DNA of 64,000 nucleotides from an uncultured delta proteobacterium (GCA_963775425.1 CAVZJB010000004.1:1-64000), one strand, 5' to 3'. Shown: positions 1-10,503, numbered from the stretch's first letter. The notes: generated by a model from the sequence alone, not told the origin. Numbers and translations: made by a program.

Positions 1-31
1 GAAAGAGAAAACCCGGCGAAGTCGCCGGGTT
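1..31 (-). terminator. Intrinsic terminator after tRNA-Val
   Basis: Stem acccggcg(11-18)/cgccgggt(23-30), followed on the minus strand by a T-rich run (TTTTCTCTTTC), directly 3' of the tRNA CCA. Confidence 0.75.
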
Positions 32-34
32 ATC

Positions 35-109
35 TGGTGGGCGCGACAGGATTCGAACCTGTGACTCCTACCGTGTGAAGGTAATACTCTACCGCTGAGT
101 TACGCGCCC
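35..109 (-). tRNA. tRNA-Val(CAC)
   Basis: Reverse complement GGGCGCG...TTACC-TT-CAC-AC-GGTAG...GTTCGAATC...CGCGCCC-ACCA gives a cloverleaf with T-loop, anticodon CAC and encoded CCA. Confidence 0.95.
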
Positions 110-371
110 TCGACGACGTTCGCTACCAAGGGGCGCGGGGGCGCGCAAGAGGTTCGCGAGCGAACGGCCTGACGGCACCGGCGCAGGGCCCGGGCGCGAC
201 CGCGAGGAGCGGGTGACCGCGAGCGGTCGCGAGCGCGTGGGTGCCACGTGCTTGGACACGGCAATGACGACGTGCCCGACGCCTTGCTGCCCCGGCCCCG
301 GGCGCCTGAGCTCCCGACGCCCCTGGGGCGCAACGGAGGCGCGCCCAGGACCGCCGGCGCCGCGAGCCCGG

Positions 372-962
372 TCAGGGCTGGCCGGCCTCGTCTTGCTGTT
401 TGATCCGCTGGTTCAGCCACGCGACGTCGGCGCACTTCTGCTGCACCTCGGGCCTCGCGAAGAAGCCCTTGGCCTTCTCGTCACCGGCCCAGACCGGCTC
501 GTCGCCGTTGCCGATGGCGTTGCAGCGGGCGTCGAAGGCGGCGCGGTCGGCCTTGGTCACCGCGCTGTTCACGTCCTCCTGCGCCTCCTCGCCGACGCTC
601 TCCTTTTGCTCCTCGCCGGGGGCTTCGTTTTCTTCCTCGCCGGACGTCAGCTTGTGTTTCACCTCGCTGCCGCCGTAGCGCGCGTAGAGGTCGTCGAGGA
701 TCGCGCGGCGCTGGGCCTTCAGGTCCGCCGAGGAGCCGGTGCCCGTGTCGCCCATGGTGTGGTCGTAGGAGGAGGACGGCGCCGCCTCGGTGTTCTCCGG
801 CGCCGGCGTCGTCTCCGAGCCAGACGAGCCGGACGAGCCGGTGTCACGGGGGGCGTTCGTCCCGTAGTCGGAGCCGCTCGTCCCCGTGCGGCCCGCGCCC
901 GTCGCACACGACATCAACGCCAGCGCACCCGCGCCGAGAAGAAGCTTGGTCAGCACCTGCAT
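372..962 (-). CDS. Hypothetical lipoprotein
   Basis: Signal peptide with lipobox-like LMSC, GGAGG RBS upstream, S/T/G-rich linker, two C-terminal Cys. Confidence 0.75.
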   Translation of the reverse strand: MQVLTKLLLGAGALALMSCATGAGRTGTSGSDYGTNAPRDTGSSGSSGSETTPAPENTEAAPSSSYDHTMGDTGTGSSADLKAQRRAILDDLYARYGGSEVKHKLTSGEEENEAPGEEQKESVGEEAQEDVNSAVTKADRAAFDARCNAIGNGDEPVWAGDEKAKGFFARPEVQQKCADVAWLNQRIKQQDEAGQP

Positions 963-1455
963 CTGCTACCTCCTTGGTTCCGTTCGAGAGCCTTCGGAGG
1001 TGAAGCAGAATCTCGCGCCGCCGGCCGAGCCGCGTCCCGTCGACGTCCTGTCTTGGACCCGTCGACGACCCGGACGGTCGCACCGGCGCCGTCCCGCACA
1101 AGCCCGGTGTGTCGACGTCCTCGCCGCGCGAACGCATCGACGAGACGACCAGCGCGACCCATCGGCGAACGGAGTCGTCCACCCAGACGCTCGACCCCTG
1201 CGGTCGTCACGCCGCGTAACGTGATCCATCGGGATCCGCGTCATCGAGAGCGCCGCGAGTGGCGACGAGGGTTGGCCCGATGGACCGTTGATCCGAGCCA
1301 CCCGGAAGGGGACGGTGCTACGGCCACACGGCGGAGCGGAAAGGAGCTCCGGCGGTGGCGACGTTGTCTAGCCTTCGCTGATTCCGAGCGCCCAAGCACT
1401 CGCAACTCACCGAGATTTGCGCGCCAAAAGTGCGGCTCGAGCTGATCCACCGTGC

Positions 1456-2165
1456 ATGGTGAAGCTCAAGCGCCGCGTGCGAATCCAGGAACCTGAAACG
1501 CGACAGGTTGAGCTGAAGACCCAGGCCGTGGACGACCTCATCGGCCCCGAGCACCCGGCTCGCCTGATCGACCGTGTGCTCGGTGGGCTCGACCTCGACG
1601 GGTTCACAGCGAGCGCCAAGGCCGTGCAGTTTGGCGGTGGGCGCGAGCCCGCGGATGCTCCTGACGCTGTTGCTGTCCGCGATAGGGATCGGGAGCGCCC
1701 GGGAGATCGCGCGGCTGACGATGAACGACGACGCCTTCCGTTTTATCGTCGGCGATCTGCGCCCGAGTCACGACGTCATCGCCAGGTTCCGCGTCGATCA
1801 CCGCGCCGCGTTCGACAAGCGCGCGCCTTCCGTGGTGCTCGCCGACGCGAACCACTTCAACCGCAACGACGTCAAGGAGCTCGATCGCCGCGGGATCCTG
1901 CCCGTGATCCCGCCACCTCGGCCGGCGATCGCCGCAAGCACCAGAAGCCTGATCCACGGCTGGACGGACGTGGGTGAAGAGCGCCGCAGCGAAGGCGCGA
2001 TACCGCACGCGCCCTGGTCTCGCCGAGCACGCCAACGCCGTGCTCAAGGCCCAGCTTGGCGTCGACACGGTCTACGTACGGGGGCTAGCGAAGGTGACGA
2101 CGGTCGCCCTGATGGCAGCCGTGGCCTTCAACCTGCTGCAGAACCTCGCGAAGCTCACCGCCTGA
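1456..2165 (+). pseudogene. Decayed IS1182-like transposase remnant
   Basis: N-terminal DDLIGPEHPARLI / PRMLL / FRFIVGDLRPSHDVIARFR pieces and C-terminal YRTRPGLAEHANAVLK lie in three frames; total length is far shorter than a full transposase. Confidence 0.75.
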
Positions 2166-2392
2166 AGTCCGCGCCGACGTCGCATCGAGGCACGTCGGCG
2201 CGCACACGACCCGCACGAACCCGCCCATGCGCTGATAGCGGGATCACAACACCGCTCGGACCCGCCGTTTCCTCACAACCTGCAGCGGTTCTTGCGCGCC
2301 GACGTGCCTCGCCACGTACTCCGCGCGGCGAGCCACCTTGTGGGCGGCTTCGCCGAGTGCTGCTACGAGCCTTATTTTTCGTCAGCCTTTCA

Positions 2393-3802
2393 TCAGCGCA
2401 CCTTGGCCAGGCGCTCCCTGGCGGCCGCGACCGCAGCGTCGTTCCTCTGCGCATCGGGGAGGTTCTCCCCCGCGTCCACGAGGTCCATCAGCGCCTTTTT
2501 CTCACCGGCCTTGTCGCCCCGCGCGGCGTCGACGTCGGCGAGCAGGCTCAGGTAACGCAAGCGCCGCGGGCCGTACGAGAGCGTCACCGCGTTTTGCACC
2601 GCCGGCAACGCGTCGTCGTCGCGCTTGAGCGCGTGGAACACCTGCCCGAGCCGCGCCCACGCCTCGTAGGACTTCGGGAGCTGCTGCGTGCGCTCGCGCA
2701 GCATCTTCACGGCATCGTCGCCGCGGCCGAGCGCGAGGTAGCTGTTCATGCGCGCGTAGTCGTGAACGCGCGCGGCCTCCGCCGTCTTCTGCGCCGCGGC
2801 GTCCGCCTCCAGGAGCGCGAGGCGCTTTTGGTGCGCGGCCTTGAACGCGGCGTCGTCGCCCTGGTCCTTGGCCACCTCGGCGAGCACGTCGAGGGCGTCG
2901 GCGACGTCGTCGACGGAGGCGCCCGCCGCGGGCTTGCCGGTGACCTCCTCGAGCAGCGCGCGCGCGGCCTGGAGCCCCGCCTTCTTCTTCGCCGGGTCCT
3001 TCAAGCGGTCGGCGCACGCGTAGAGGTAGTAGGAGAAGTCCCCGGCCGACGACGAAGCGCCCTCCATCCTGGCCGCGTTCTTCTCTCCAAAGTCGACGCA
3101 GGCGGCGTCGCCCTTGTCGGCGGAGTACGCGCGCATCGCGCCGAGGGCGGCCTCGCGCACGCGCGGCCCCGGGAGCGCCGCGGCGGCGACGTAGTGCGCG
3201 GCGGCGGCGGCGTAGTCCTTCTTGGCCATCGCCGCGTGGCCGGCGAGCACCTCCTTCACCTGCGGCTCCTTGGCCACCGACGGGTCGCGCGCGCGCAGGG
3301 CCTCGTCGAGGAAGCGCTCGAGCTCGACGAGCGACAGCGAGCCGCCGTGCTCTGCCAGCGCCGCCCCCGAGGAGGGATCGATGACGAACAGCGTCGGCCA
3401 CGCCTTGAGCGGGTAGCGCGCGACGAACGACGCCGACGACGCGCGGTCGGTGTCGACGGCGGCGAACACCACGCGGTCCTCGTACGCCTTGAGCGCGGGA
3501 TCGCCGAGGACGTCGCGCTGCATCGACAGGCAGGTGTGGCACCACTGCGCCCAGCCGTCGACGAAGACGACGCGGCCGCTTTCCTTGGCGGTGCTGAGGG
3601 CGGCGTCGACGTCGTCCTCGACGAACGACACGCCGTTTTCCGCCGCCGCAGGCGCAGCCGCCGTCGTCGCAGGCGCGGGCGCAGCAGGCGCAGCAGGCGC
3701 GGCCGCCTTGGGGCAGCCGCCGAAGACGAGGAGCGACAACACGGCGAGGCCGGCCGCCCGGGGGCGGAGGCACACGTCACGAGGGAGGAGCGCGCGCATC
3801 AC
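2393..3802 (-). CDS. Thioredoxin-like (CxxC) lipoprotein with TPR-like C-terminus
   Basis: Lipobox-like FGGC, WAQWCHTC motif, cis-Pro WPT loop, helical repeats. Confidence 0.75.
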   Translation of the reverse strand: MMRALLPRDVCLRPRAAGLAVLSLLVFGGCPKAAAPAAPAAPAPATTAAAPAAAENGVSFVEDDVDAALSTAKESGRVVFVDGWAQWCHTCLSMQRDVLGDPALKAYEDRVVFAAVDTDRASSASFVARYPLKAWPTLFVIDPSSGAALAEHGGSLSLVELERFLDEALRARDPSVAKEPQVKEVLAGHAAMAKKDYAAAAAHYVAAAALPGPRVREAALGAMRAYSADKGDAACVDFGEKNAARMEGASSSAGDFSYYLYACADRLKDPAKKKAGLQAARALLEEVTGKPAAGASVDDVADALDVLAEVAKDQGDDAAFKAAHQKRLALLEADAAAQKTAEAARVHDYARMNSYLALGRGDDAVKMLRERTQQLPKSYEAWARLGQVFHALKRDDDALPAVQNAVTLSYGPRRLRYLSLLADVDAARGDKAGEKKALMDLVDAGENLPDAQRNDAAVAAARERLAKVR

Positions 3803-3851
3803 GGGCGGGTCTTAAGACAGCGTGCGCGAGAACTCCACACGCTTCGCGCCG

Positions 3852-5489
3852 TCAGGGGCCGGCGGCCGCGGGCATGCCGCACAACGTGAGCTCGGGGCTG
3901 TCGGTCTTCACGCGGTGCCACAGGAGCTGCTTTTCGCGCGTGTAGCCCGGCAGCTCCAGGAGCGCCTGCTGCTCCCGGCCGTATTGGACGTTGTAGTGCC
4001 AGTACCCCTTCTGGCCGAAGCCGGTCTTCAAAGACACGCCGGAGATGGTCTGCACCACGATGCTGTCGTCGTCGAACGGCAGGCCGCGCACGTTCTTTCG
4101 ATACTGGTCCGTGAACACCCAGAACTCGGCGGCGTTGCTCGGGTAGTAGATGCGCACGGGGACGCCGAGCCTGCGGGCGGCGTCCCCGATGCTCTTCATG
4201 GCGTGCACGTCCAGCATGTTGCCGCGAAGCGCCCGCATCCGGCCCTGTTGATAGAGCAGCCTGATGTACGCGTAGTGCTCGTCGGAGCCGAGCCACGTGT
4301 AGCCGATCTTCTCCTGCGCGGCGTAGTGCCGCCCGAGGAACGGCGCCGACGACTTGTAGAGCGTCACGAGGTTCGCGCGCTCCGCGTCGGCCGGGTAGGC
4401 GGCCTCGATGGCGGCGACGCCGCGCGCCACGGCGTCCTTGTGAAAGAGCGCCGCGAACGCCGCGCGGTTCTCCGCCGCGAGGATGAGCGCGCGCAGCACG
4501 TGATGCCAACGGACGACGTTTTCGTCGTAGTCGAACAGCCACGCCCATCGCGAGCGCGCGAGCGCGACGAAGGTGTAGCTCTGCGCGCTGCCGACGCCGG
4601 TGTACGCGCCGCCCATGTTCTCGACGTACGGCACGAGCACGCCGAGCTTGGGCTCGTTGGACTTGAGGTAGCTGCGTGGGTCGCGGCACGTGAGGAAGGA
4701 GCGGCCCGCCTTGGGGCACGGCGGCACGTCGAGCGTGTCCTCGACGACGCTGTCGAACGCCGCCTTCTCCGCGGCCGTCGGCGGCTTCGGATCGGGCGGC
4801 GTTGCGCGCGCGGCGGTGAAGCGCGAGGGGAACGTGGTGAGGTACGTCGTCGACGTCGCGCAGCGAAAGCCCTTCCGCGCGCCGTCCTCGAGCGACGACG
4901 CCTGGTGCCGCGCGGAGGGCGCGGCCGCGTCCTTCCACACGCGCTTGTGGAGCGTGCCGCACAGGACGGCGCCGTCACACGCGTCGAGGACGTCGCGGGC
5001 GCCGCAGCGCGCGGGGGGAAACCACTCGACCTTGGACGCGGACTCGATGGGGACGCTCGGGGCCGGGCACGTCTTTGGCGTGACCGCCCACGTGTTGGTC
5101 CACTCCTGGCCCGTGGGGACCATCCCGCCCTGCACGGCGGCCTCCCACTCCGACTCCTGGGCGAGGCGCTTGCCGGCGAACGCGCAGTAGCGCTCGGCCC
5201 GCGCCCAATCGACGGTGACGGGTCCCCTGCCCTTGCCGGCCGCCGCGGGCTCGCACGCGTGCGCGCGGACGCACTTGCGGTAGTCGCCGGCGCTGACGAC
5301 GTGCTCGTCGATGAAGAAGCGCGGCACGGTCACGGTGCGCGCGGTGTCGCCGACGCCGACGGAGACGCGGCCACCGGCGACGCAGCGCATGCCTGCGCGC
5401 CCTTCGCACGCCGGGACCGCCGGCGGCGCTCCGACGTCGTGCGAGGGGAGCGACGCGACGGCCAGGGCGAACAGCAAAGGAGCAGGCAT
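3852..5489 (-). CDS. Secreted protein with N-terminal FGE-sulfatase (SUMF1-like) domain and uncharacterised C-terminal domain
   Basis: FFIDEHVV, YCAFAGKRL..ESEWE and GFRCA motifs; signal peptide from MPAPLL (start re-picked). Confidence 0.65.
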   Translation of the reverse strand: MPAPLLFALAVASLPSHDVGAPPAVPACEGRAGMRCVAGGRVSVGVGDTARTVTVPRFFIDEHVVSAGDYRKCVRAHACEPAAAGKGRGPVTVDWARAERYCAFAGKRLAQESEWEAAVQGGMVPTGQEWTNTWAVTPKTCPAPSVPIESASKVEWFPPARCGARDVLDACDGAVLCGTLHKRVWKDAAAPSARHQASSLEDGARKGFRCATSTTYLTTFPSRFTAARATPPDPKPPTAAEKAAFDSVVEDTLDVPPCPKAGRSFLTCRDPRSYLKSNEPKLGVLVPYVENMGGAYTGVGSAQSYTFVALARSRWAWLFDYDENVVRWHHVLRALILAAENRAAFAALFHKDAVARGVAAIEAAYPADAERANLVTLYKSSAPFLGRHYAAQEKIGYTWLGSDEHYAYIRLLYQQGRMRALRGNMLDVHAMKSIGDAARRLGVPVRIYYPSNAAEFWVFTDQYRKNVRGLPFDDDSIVVQTISGVSLKTGFGQKGYWHYNVQYGREQQALLELPGYTREKQLLWHRVKTDSPELTLCGMPAAAGP

Positions 5490-5576
5490 CGGCCCGTTGT
5501 ACCCGAACGGCTCAGGCCGCACCGCACTCGAAGCGGACCCGTCGCCCCAAAGCAGCGCGGCGGTCGTGACGCCGCG

Positions 5577-5969
5577 CTACTCGAACGTCGACGTGGTCAC
5601 GGCGCCGTCGTTCAGGATGCGCTGCACCGGGCACTTGCCGGAGATCTGCTGCAGGCGAGCGCGCTGATCGTCGTCGAGGTCGCCGGCGATGCGCACCGTC
5701 TTTTTGATCTGCGCCTGCTTGCCCGGCTCGTCGACGAGCTCGAGCGTGACGTCGACGGACGTCACCGGCCAGCCCTTGCGCGCCGCGTACAGCTTCAGCG
5801 TGTCCGCCGTGCAAGCGCCGAGCGCCGCCAGCAGCGCCTCGCGCGGCGTGGGGCCGGCGTCGCCGCCGCCGACGTCGACGGGCTCGTCGAACACCAGCGT
5901 GTGCCCGCCGATGGTTGCGTGTTCCTGGTAGCGGCCGTCGCCGCCTGTGACGTGGACTGTGCGGCTCAT
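5577..5969 (-). CDS. OsmC/Ohr-family (YhfA-like) protein
   Basis: DEP..GG.D.GPTPRE.LLAALGAC and KCPV motifs; start MSRTVH overlaps the SDR stop (ATGA). Confidence 0.85.
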   Translation of the reverse strand: MSRTVHVTGGDGRYQEHATIGGHTLVFDEPVDVGGGDAGPTPREALLAALGACTADTLKLYAARKGWPVTSVDVTLELVDEPGKQAQIKKTVRIAGDLDDDQRARLQQISGKCPVQRILNDGAVTTSTFE

Positions 5970-6754
5970 GACAGAAGGAACCCTCCATCGACGGTGAGCA
6001 CGGCGCCGGTGACGTACGACGACGCCGGCGACGCAAGGAACAACACAGCGCGCGCGATGTCGTCGGGCTCGCCCATGCGCCCGAGCGGGATGCGGGTCAT
6101 GAACCCCTCCTCCGCGGCGGCGCCGCCCATCGCCTTCATCGACGCCGCGGCGCCGGGGGTGTGGATGCCGCCGGGCGCGACCGCGTTCACCCGGATGCCC
6201 TTCCTGCCGAGCTCGAACGCGAGCGACCGCGTGAGCATCACCACGCCGCCCTTCGACGTGTCGTAGGGCACGAGGTTCCCCGTCGGGTGGAAGGCGTCGA
6301 TGGACGCGATGTTGACGATGGCGCCGCCGGTGCCCGCGTCGACCATGCGACGCGCCGCCGCCTGCGCGAAGAAGAAGGTGCCCTTGAGGTTGAGGTCGAG
6401 CACGCGATCCCACATGCCCTCGTCGATCTCCAGCGCGCTCCGCATCGGGAACACGCCGGCGTTGTTGACCAGCACGTCGAGGCGGCCGAACGCGTCGACC
6501 GCCGCCTCCACGGCGCGCTTGGCGTCCTCGGGCCTGGACACGTCCACGGCAAGGAAGCGCGCGCGGCCCCCGGTGCGCTCGACGGCCGCGGCGGTCTGCG
6601 CGCCCGCCTCCTCGTCGACGTCCGCGATGACGACGCTCGCACCCGCTTCTGCCAGGCGGAGGGCGATGCCGGCGCCGATGCCTTTGGCGCCGCCCGTGAC
6701 GATGGCGGCTTGATCCTTCAACGAGAGGAGGTCGGTCATGAGCGGGACAGACAT
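5966..6754 (-). CDS. Short-chain dehydrogenase/reductase (FabG-like)
   Basis: TGGAKGIG, NNAG, YDTSK (YxxxK), VNAVAPG; start MSVPL with GGAG RBS. Confidence 0.9.
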   Translation of the reverse strand: MSVPLMTDLLSLKDQAAIVTGGAKGIGAGIALRLAEAGASVVIADVDEEAGAQTAAAVERTGGRARFLAVDVSRPEDAKRAVEAAVDAFGRLDVLVNNAGVFPMRSALEIDEGMWDRVLDLNLKGTFFFAQAAARRMVDAGTGGAIVNIASIDAFHPTGNLVPYDTSKGGVVMLTRSLAFELGRKGIRVNAVAPGGIHTPGAAASMKAMGGAAAEEGFMTRIPLGRMGEPDDIARAVLFLASPASSYVTGAVLTVDGGFLLS

Positions 6755-6900
6755 GGAGATCTCCAGGTGTGCGTCGCCGCCGTGAAGTCCAGTTTCCATG
6801 CCAACGCGCGCACCGCCCGCGCCGCCGTCGACGCCGCGGCGCTGGGCGGACGCACACGGACGCACCGTGTGGAATCGCGCCGCGAGGTAGCCTCGCTGCC

Positions 6901-7707
6901 ATGAGACTCCTCGCCGCGCTCGCGCTCGCTTGCGCCCCCGCCCTCGCCGAAGCTCCGCCGCCCCCGCAACCCGCGAGCGCGCTGCGCGCCGCCGTCGCCC
7001 CCCACGCCGCCGCCGCACGCGAGCGGCGGACGACGCTCGCCGGCGCCTACGCGCTCACCTCCGCCGGCATGATCGGCGGCGGCGTCACCTACGTCGCGGT
7101 CGCCTACCTCGACGGCACCCTCGGCACCGTCGAGGGCGAAGACACCATCTTCGCCGGCGCCGCCCTCGGGGGCGCCGCGCTCGTCCCGGCCGCCCTCGCC
7201 GCCGCCGAGCTCTTCGTGGAGGCGCCCGCAGAGCGCCGGCTCGACGAGGTCGACGCCGGCGGCAGCCTCGACGACGTCGTCGCCGCCCAGTCCGCCGACG
7301 CGTCCGGCAGCACGCTCCTGCGGGTCGGCGCCGGCCTCGGCTTCCTCGCGGGCGGCGCCGTCGCCGCCACCGCCGGCAGCCTCTCGCTCGCGCGGCCTCA
7401 CACCACGGAGCACCGCAGCTTCGTCACCCACGGCACCGGCGCGGAGCTCATCGGGCTCGGCGTCGCCTCCGTCGGCGTCGGCGTCTTCACGCTGCTGTCC
7501 AGCGACGACGACGCGGCGCTGCTCGACGCCTTGCGCGCGGTGCCGCCGACGCAGGAGGCAAGCGCGACGCCCGCGCCGGCGATCACGGCGCCGGCGGACG
7601 AACCGCCGGCGGGCGATACCCACGAAGGAGCGACGCCGGCTCCTGCATCCCCAGCTCCTCCACCATCGCCTCCCGCAGCCCCGGGAGGTGCCCCCCGATC
7701 GAGGTGA
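6901..7707 (+). CDS. Hypothetical membrane protein with Pro-rich tail
   Basis: Signal peptide MRLLAAL, several hydrophobic Gly/Ala segments, GC3-biased frame. Confidence 0.55.
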   Translation: MRLLAALALACAPALAEAPPPPQPASALRAAVAPHAAAARERRTTLAGAYALTSAGMIGGGVTYVAVAYLDGTLGTVEGEDTIFAGAALGGAALVPAALAAAELFVEAPAERRLDEVDAGGSLDDVVAAQSADASGSTLLRVGAGLGFLAGGAVAATAGSLSLARPHTTEHRSFVTHGTGAELIGLGVASVGVGVFTLLSSDDDAALLDALRAVPPTQEASATPAPAITAPADEPPAGDTHEGATPAPASPAPPPSPPAAPGGAPRSR

Positions 7708-8752
7708 ACACACACGAGCCGTCCTCCGGGTCGCACAGGGCGTCGTTGCCGACGAGGATGCTCCGCTGGCCCGGGTGGTCCCACGCCTCGCGCACCCGCG
7801 TCAGCCGGCAGGTGCCGGCGGTGTCGGCGAGCGCGCGCGTGATCATCGTGTGCGCGCCCGCGTAGAGCGCGGGCGCCACGGGCTCGATCTGCAACAGCAC
7901 GCGCGCCGTCTCCTGCACCGCCGCGCAGCGGCCGACGGCGGCGGCGTCCGACGACGTCAGCGCGGCCGCCACGGCGGGGTCGGCGTGGACGTCGAGGAAC
8001 GCGCGGTACGCCTCGAGGACGCGCGCGTACGCTGCGAGGGTTTGCTCGTCGAGCGGCGCCCAACCGGCGACGTCCTTGCCGTGCGCGCGCGCGTAGTCGA
8101 ACGCCGCGCGCTCGGCGCGCAAGAGGGCCGGCGCCTGCCCCTCCACCGCGGCGATCTCCGTGGTGCCCATGAGCCGCGCGAGCGCTTCGACGTCGCGGCC
8201 GGCGGCGGGGCCGTCGTCGTGGGCGAGCCCTTGCAGCAGCCGCACCTTCGCGAAGCGCAGCGCCTCCACCACCGACGGCAGCGGCATGGTGTCGAGGTGG
8301 AGCGGCCGGTCTTCATTGACGACGGGGGCGGTGAACAGGTCCCACTGATCGAAGCCGGCGAGGCCCGCCATCCAGCTCGTGTCCACGCCGTCTACGTCGA
8401 GGGAGACGGCGGCGGCGGGAAAGCGCGCGGGAGGCACCGCGTCGAGCTTCTTGGCGAGCGCTTCGGGGACGACGTGCGGATAGTGAAAGCGGCTTTGCGC
8501 GTCGGGGTACGGGATCTTCGTCGCGAGGAGCGCGCCGGCGTCCCGGCCGTGGCGCGGCGCGAACAACGGCAGCGCCGACAGTCGCTGCTCGTCGGCGACG
8601 AAGCGCGCGCGGTCCGCGGCGAGGGCCGCGCGCAGCTCGGCGGCGGTCTCGTCGAAGCGCGCGCGCGCGTCGGTGTACGCCCAAAAAGAGGCGGCGCCGC
8701 CGACGACCACGAGGACGACGACGGCACCGAGGCCCAACCAACGCCACTTCAC
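7583..8752 (-). CDS. Hypothetical protein with N-terminal membrane anchor
   Basis: GTG start with GGAGAAGG RBS, TM helix, natural composition; 3' end overlaps the convergent gene. Confidence 0.65.
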   Translation of the reverse strand: MKWRWLGLGAVVVLVVVGGAASFWAYTDARARFDETAAELRAALAADRARFVADEQRLSALPLFAPRHGRDAGALLATKIPYPDAQSRFHYPHVVPEALAKKLDAVPPARFPAAAVSLDVDGVDTSWMAGLAGFDQWDLFTAPVVNEDRPLHLDTMPLPSVVEALRFAKVRLLQGLAHDDGPAAGRDVEALARLMGTTEIAAVEGQAPALLRAERAAFDYARAHGKDVAGWAPLDEQTLAAYARVLEAYRAFLDVHADPAVAAALTSSDAAAVGRCAAVQETARVLLQIEPVAPALYAGAHTMITRALADTAGTCRLTRVREAWDHPGQRSILVGNDALCDPEDGSCVFTSIGGHLPGLREAMVEELGMQEPASLLRGYRPPAVRPPAP

Positions 8753-8821
8753 GCGGCACCTTCTCCTCTCCGCACGCCTTCCCTCGCTGCGCTCGGTGGG
8801 AGGGCGCGCTGCTGCGGTCGG

Positions 8822-9385
8822 CTATTGTGCCGTGAAGCTCGTCGTCGCGACCAGATCGTCGCGCTTGGCGTCGAAGTGCAGCGCGGACTTGTGCTCACCC
8901 GGCAGCAGGAAGGTGAACTCGTCGCGCCGGTTCCTCGCCCACGCGACCTCGGTGTGCCCCTCGTCGAGCGGTTGCTCCTCGCCGAGCGAGATGATCTGGA
9001 CGCGCTCCTTCGGAACACCGAGGCGCATCAAGTAGCTGCGCGCGGACTGGGCGCGGCGCTCGCCGAGGGCGAGGTTGTACTCCGTGTCCCCGCGCTCGTC
9101 GGCGTGGCCGCCGACGATCACGCGCACGCGCGGCACGCGGTGCATCTGCGCCGCCACCTGCTGCAGGAGGACCTGCGACTCGTCGGTGAGGGTGTCCGTG
9201 TCCGTCTCGAAGTGCAGCGGCCCCTGCGCCACGAGGGCGTCGAGCTGCTTGACGAGCGCGCGGCGCGCGGCGTCGTCGGTGTCGGCGTCGGCCTTGTGGG
9301 CCGCTTTCGTCGTCGAGCAGGCGGTGGAGTGCATGACGGCGAGGGCGAGGAGAATCTGGGCGAGGGCGGCGGCGGCGGTCTTCAT
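8822..9385 (-). CDS. pal: Pal/OmpA-family peptidoglycan-associated lipoprotein
   Basis: Lipobox STAC; GHADERG.TEYNLALGERRA, ISLGEE.P, NRR; AGGAG RBS. Confidence 0.85.
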   Translation of the reverse strand: MKTAAAALAQILLALAVMHSTACSTTKAAHKADADTDDAARRALVKQLDALVAQGPLHFETDTDTLTDESQVLLQQVAAQMHRVPRVRVIVGGHADERGDTEYNLALGERRAQSARSYLMRLGVPKERVQIISLGEEQPLDEGHTEVAWARNRRDEFTFLLPGEHKSALHFDAKRDDLVATTSFTAQ

Positions 9386-9546
9386 GTGGCTCCTGTTGGT
9401 TCCGTGTGGAGCCATTTGTCTCCCGCCGGATCCTCCGAATCAAAAAAATGGCTGTTTTTGTGGGCTGACGCTCATGAACAGCCGCGCCGTTTGTGTGAGC
9501 TGACGCTCCGAACGGCCGCACCCTGCGGCGCCCGGGGGCTTCGCGC

Positions 9547-10503
9547 TCAGGGGCCGGCGAGCACCGAGGCGAGGGTTCCCGCGAGGTCACGGGGGTCCCG
9601 GACCGTGCCGCGGCCGAGCGCGCCGCCACCGACCGTCACGACCCGCGTGAGCACGCCGCGACGCTCGGGCGGGAGCTCGCCGACCCGGCCGTCAGTCACC
9701 ACGAGCAACACGCGCCGCTTCGCCGGGAACAATGCGAGCTCCCGCTGCGCCTCGGCGATTGCAGGCGCGAGCGCGCCGGCGTGCACCTCCAGCAGCGCGA
9801 GGCGCGGGCCCTTCTCGACACGCCGCCCGGCGCGCGGTGCCACGACCAGCGAGCGCGGCGCGCGGCTCTTTTCTTCCGCCGCGCTGCGCACCTCGAGGCT
9901 CACGCACGCGGCGCAGGCCGCCTCCGCGAACACCACGAGCGCCGTGCGCAGCTCGTCGAGCGCCGGGTTGTCCGCGGCGAGCGACACGAGCAGCGTCACC
10001 GCGAGCACGCCCGCCACGCCGTCCCCCGCCCCGAGCAGCGCCGCGCGCGCGCCGCGCAGCGTCGACGCCGTCGCACGCACGTCGGGCAAGCGCTTGTTCA
10101 ACACCGCGTACGTCGCCGCCACCGCCTCCGACGCCGCCGCCTCCGGGTCCGGCTCCACGAACGTCCCCGTCAGGAGCGCCAATCGATCGTGGGCGACGCA
10201 GAGCCGCCACGCGTCCTCCACGGCCGCGCCGAGGATCGGAGACATCGCCTCCAGGTCGCGGGCCGCAGCGCGCGCCTCCTCGACGATGCCCGGGCCGCCG
10301 CCGATGGGCGCCACGCGCCCGCCGACGAGCCGCGCCGCCGTCGTCGCCGCCAACGCCGCGCGGACCGCCATGATGCCGCGGTTCACGTTGCCGCCGCGCA
10401 CGAGCGCGATGCGCTCGGGCAGGACCAGGCCCCGGCCGAGGATCCCGCCGTCGCCCGCGCCGGCACACAGCTCGACGCAGAAGCCCGCGACCGTCGTCGC
10501 CAT
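9547..10503 (-). CDS. Hypothetical protein with degenerate vWA-like C-terminus
   Basis: LLVVTDG motif near the C-terminus; start uncertain (ORF is open to 10689). Confidence 0.45.
   Translation of the reverse strand: MATTVAGFCVELCAGAGDGGILGRGLVLPERIALVRGGNVNRGIMAVRAALAATTAARLVGGRVAPIGGGPGIVEEARAAARDLEAMSPILGAAVEDAWRLCVAHDRLALLTGTFVEPDPEAAASEAVAATYAVLNKRLPDVRATASTLRGARAALLGAGDGVAGVLAVTLLVSLAADNPALDELRTALVVFAEAACAACVSLEVRSAAEEKSRAPRSLVVAPRAGRRVEKGPRLALLEVHAGALAPAIAEAQRELALFPAKRRVLLVVTDGRVGELPPERRGVLTRVVTVGGGALGRGTVRDPRDLAGTLASVLAGP

Noticed and set aside
35-109. tRNA as att site of an island carrying the retron locus
   Set aside because: The tRNA 3' end points out of the window, and I saw no integrase or duplicated tRNA 3' fragment
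1213-2253. Terminal inverted repeats of the IS remnant (gtgatcc near 1221 / ggatcac near 2241)
   Set aside because: Only a 7-bp match with no clear target duplication; too weak to define ends
9440-9461. AT-rich inverted repeat upstream of pal
   Set aside because: Probably promoter-related, but no -35/-10 elements can be assigned with confidence
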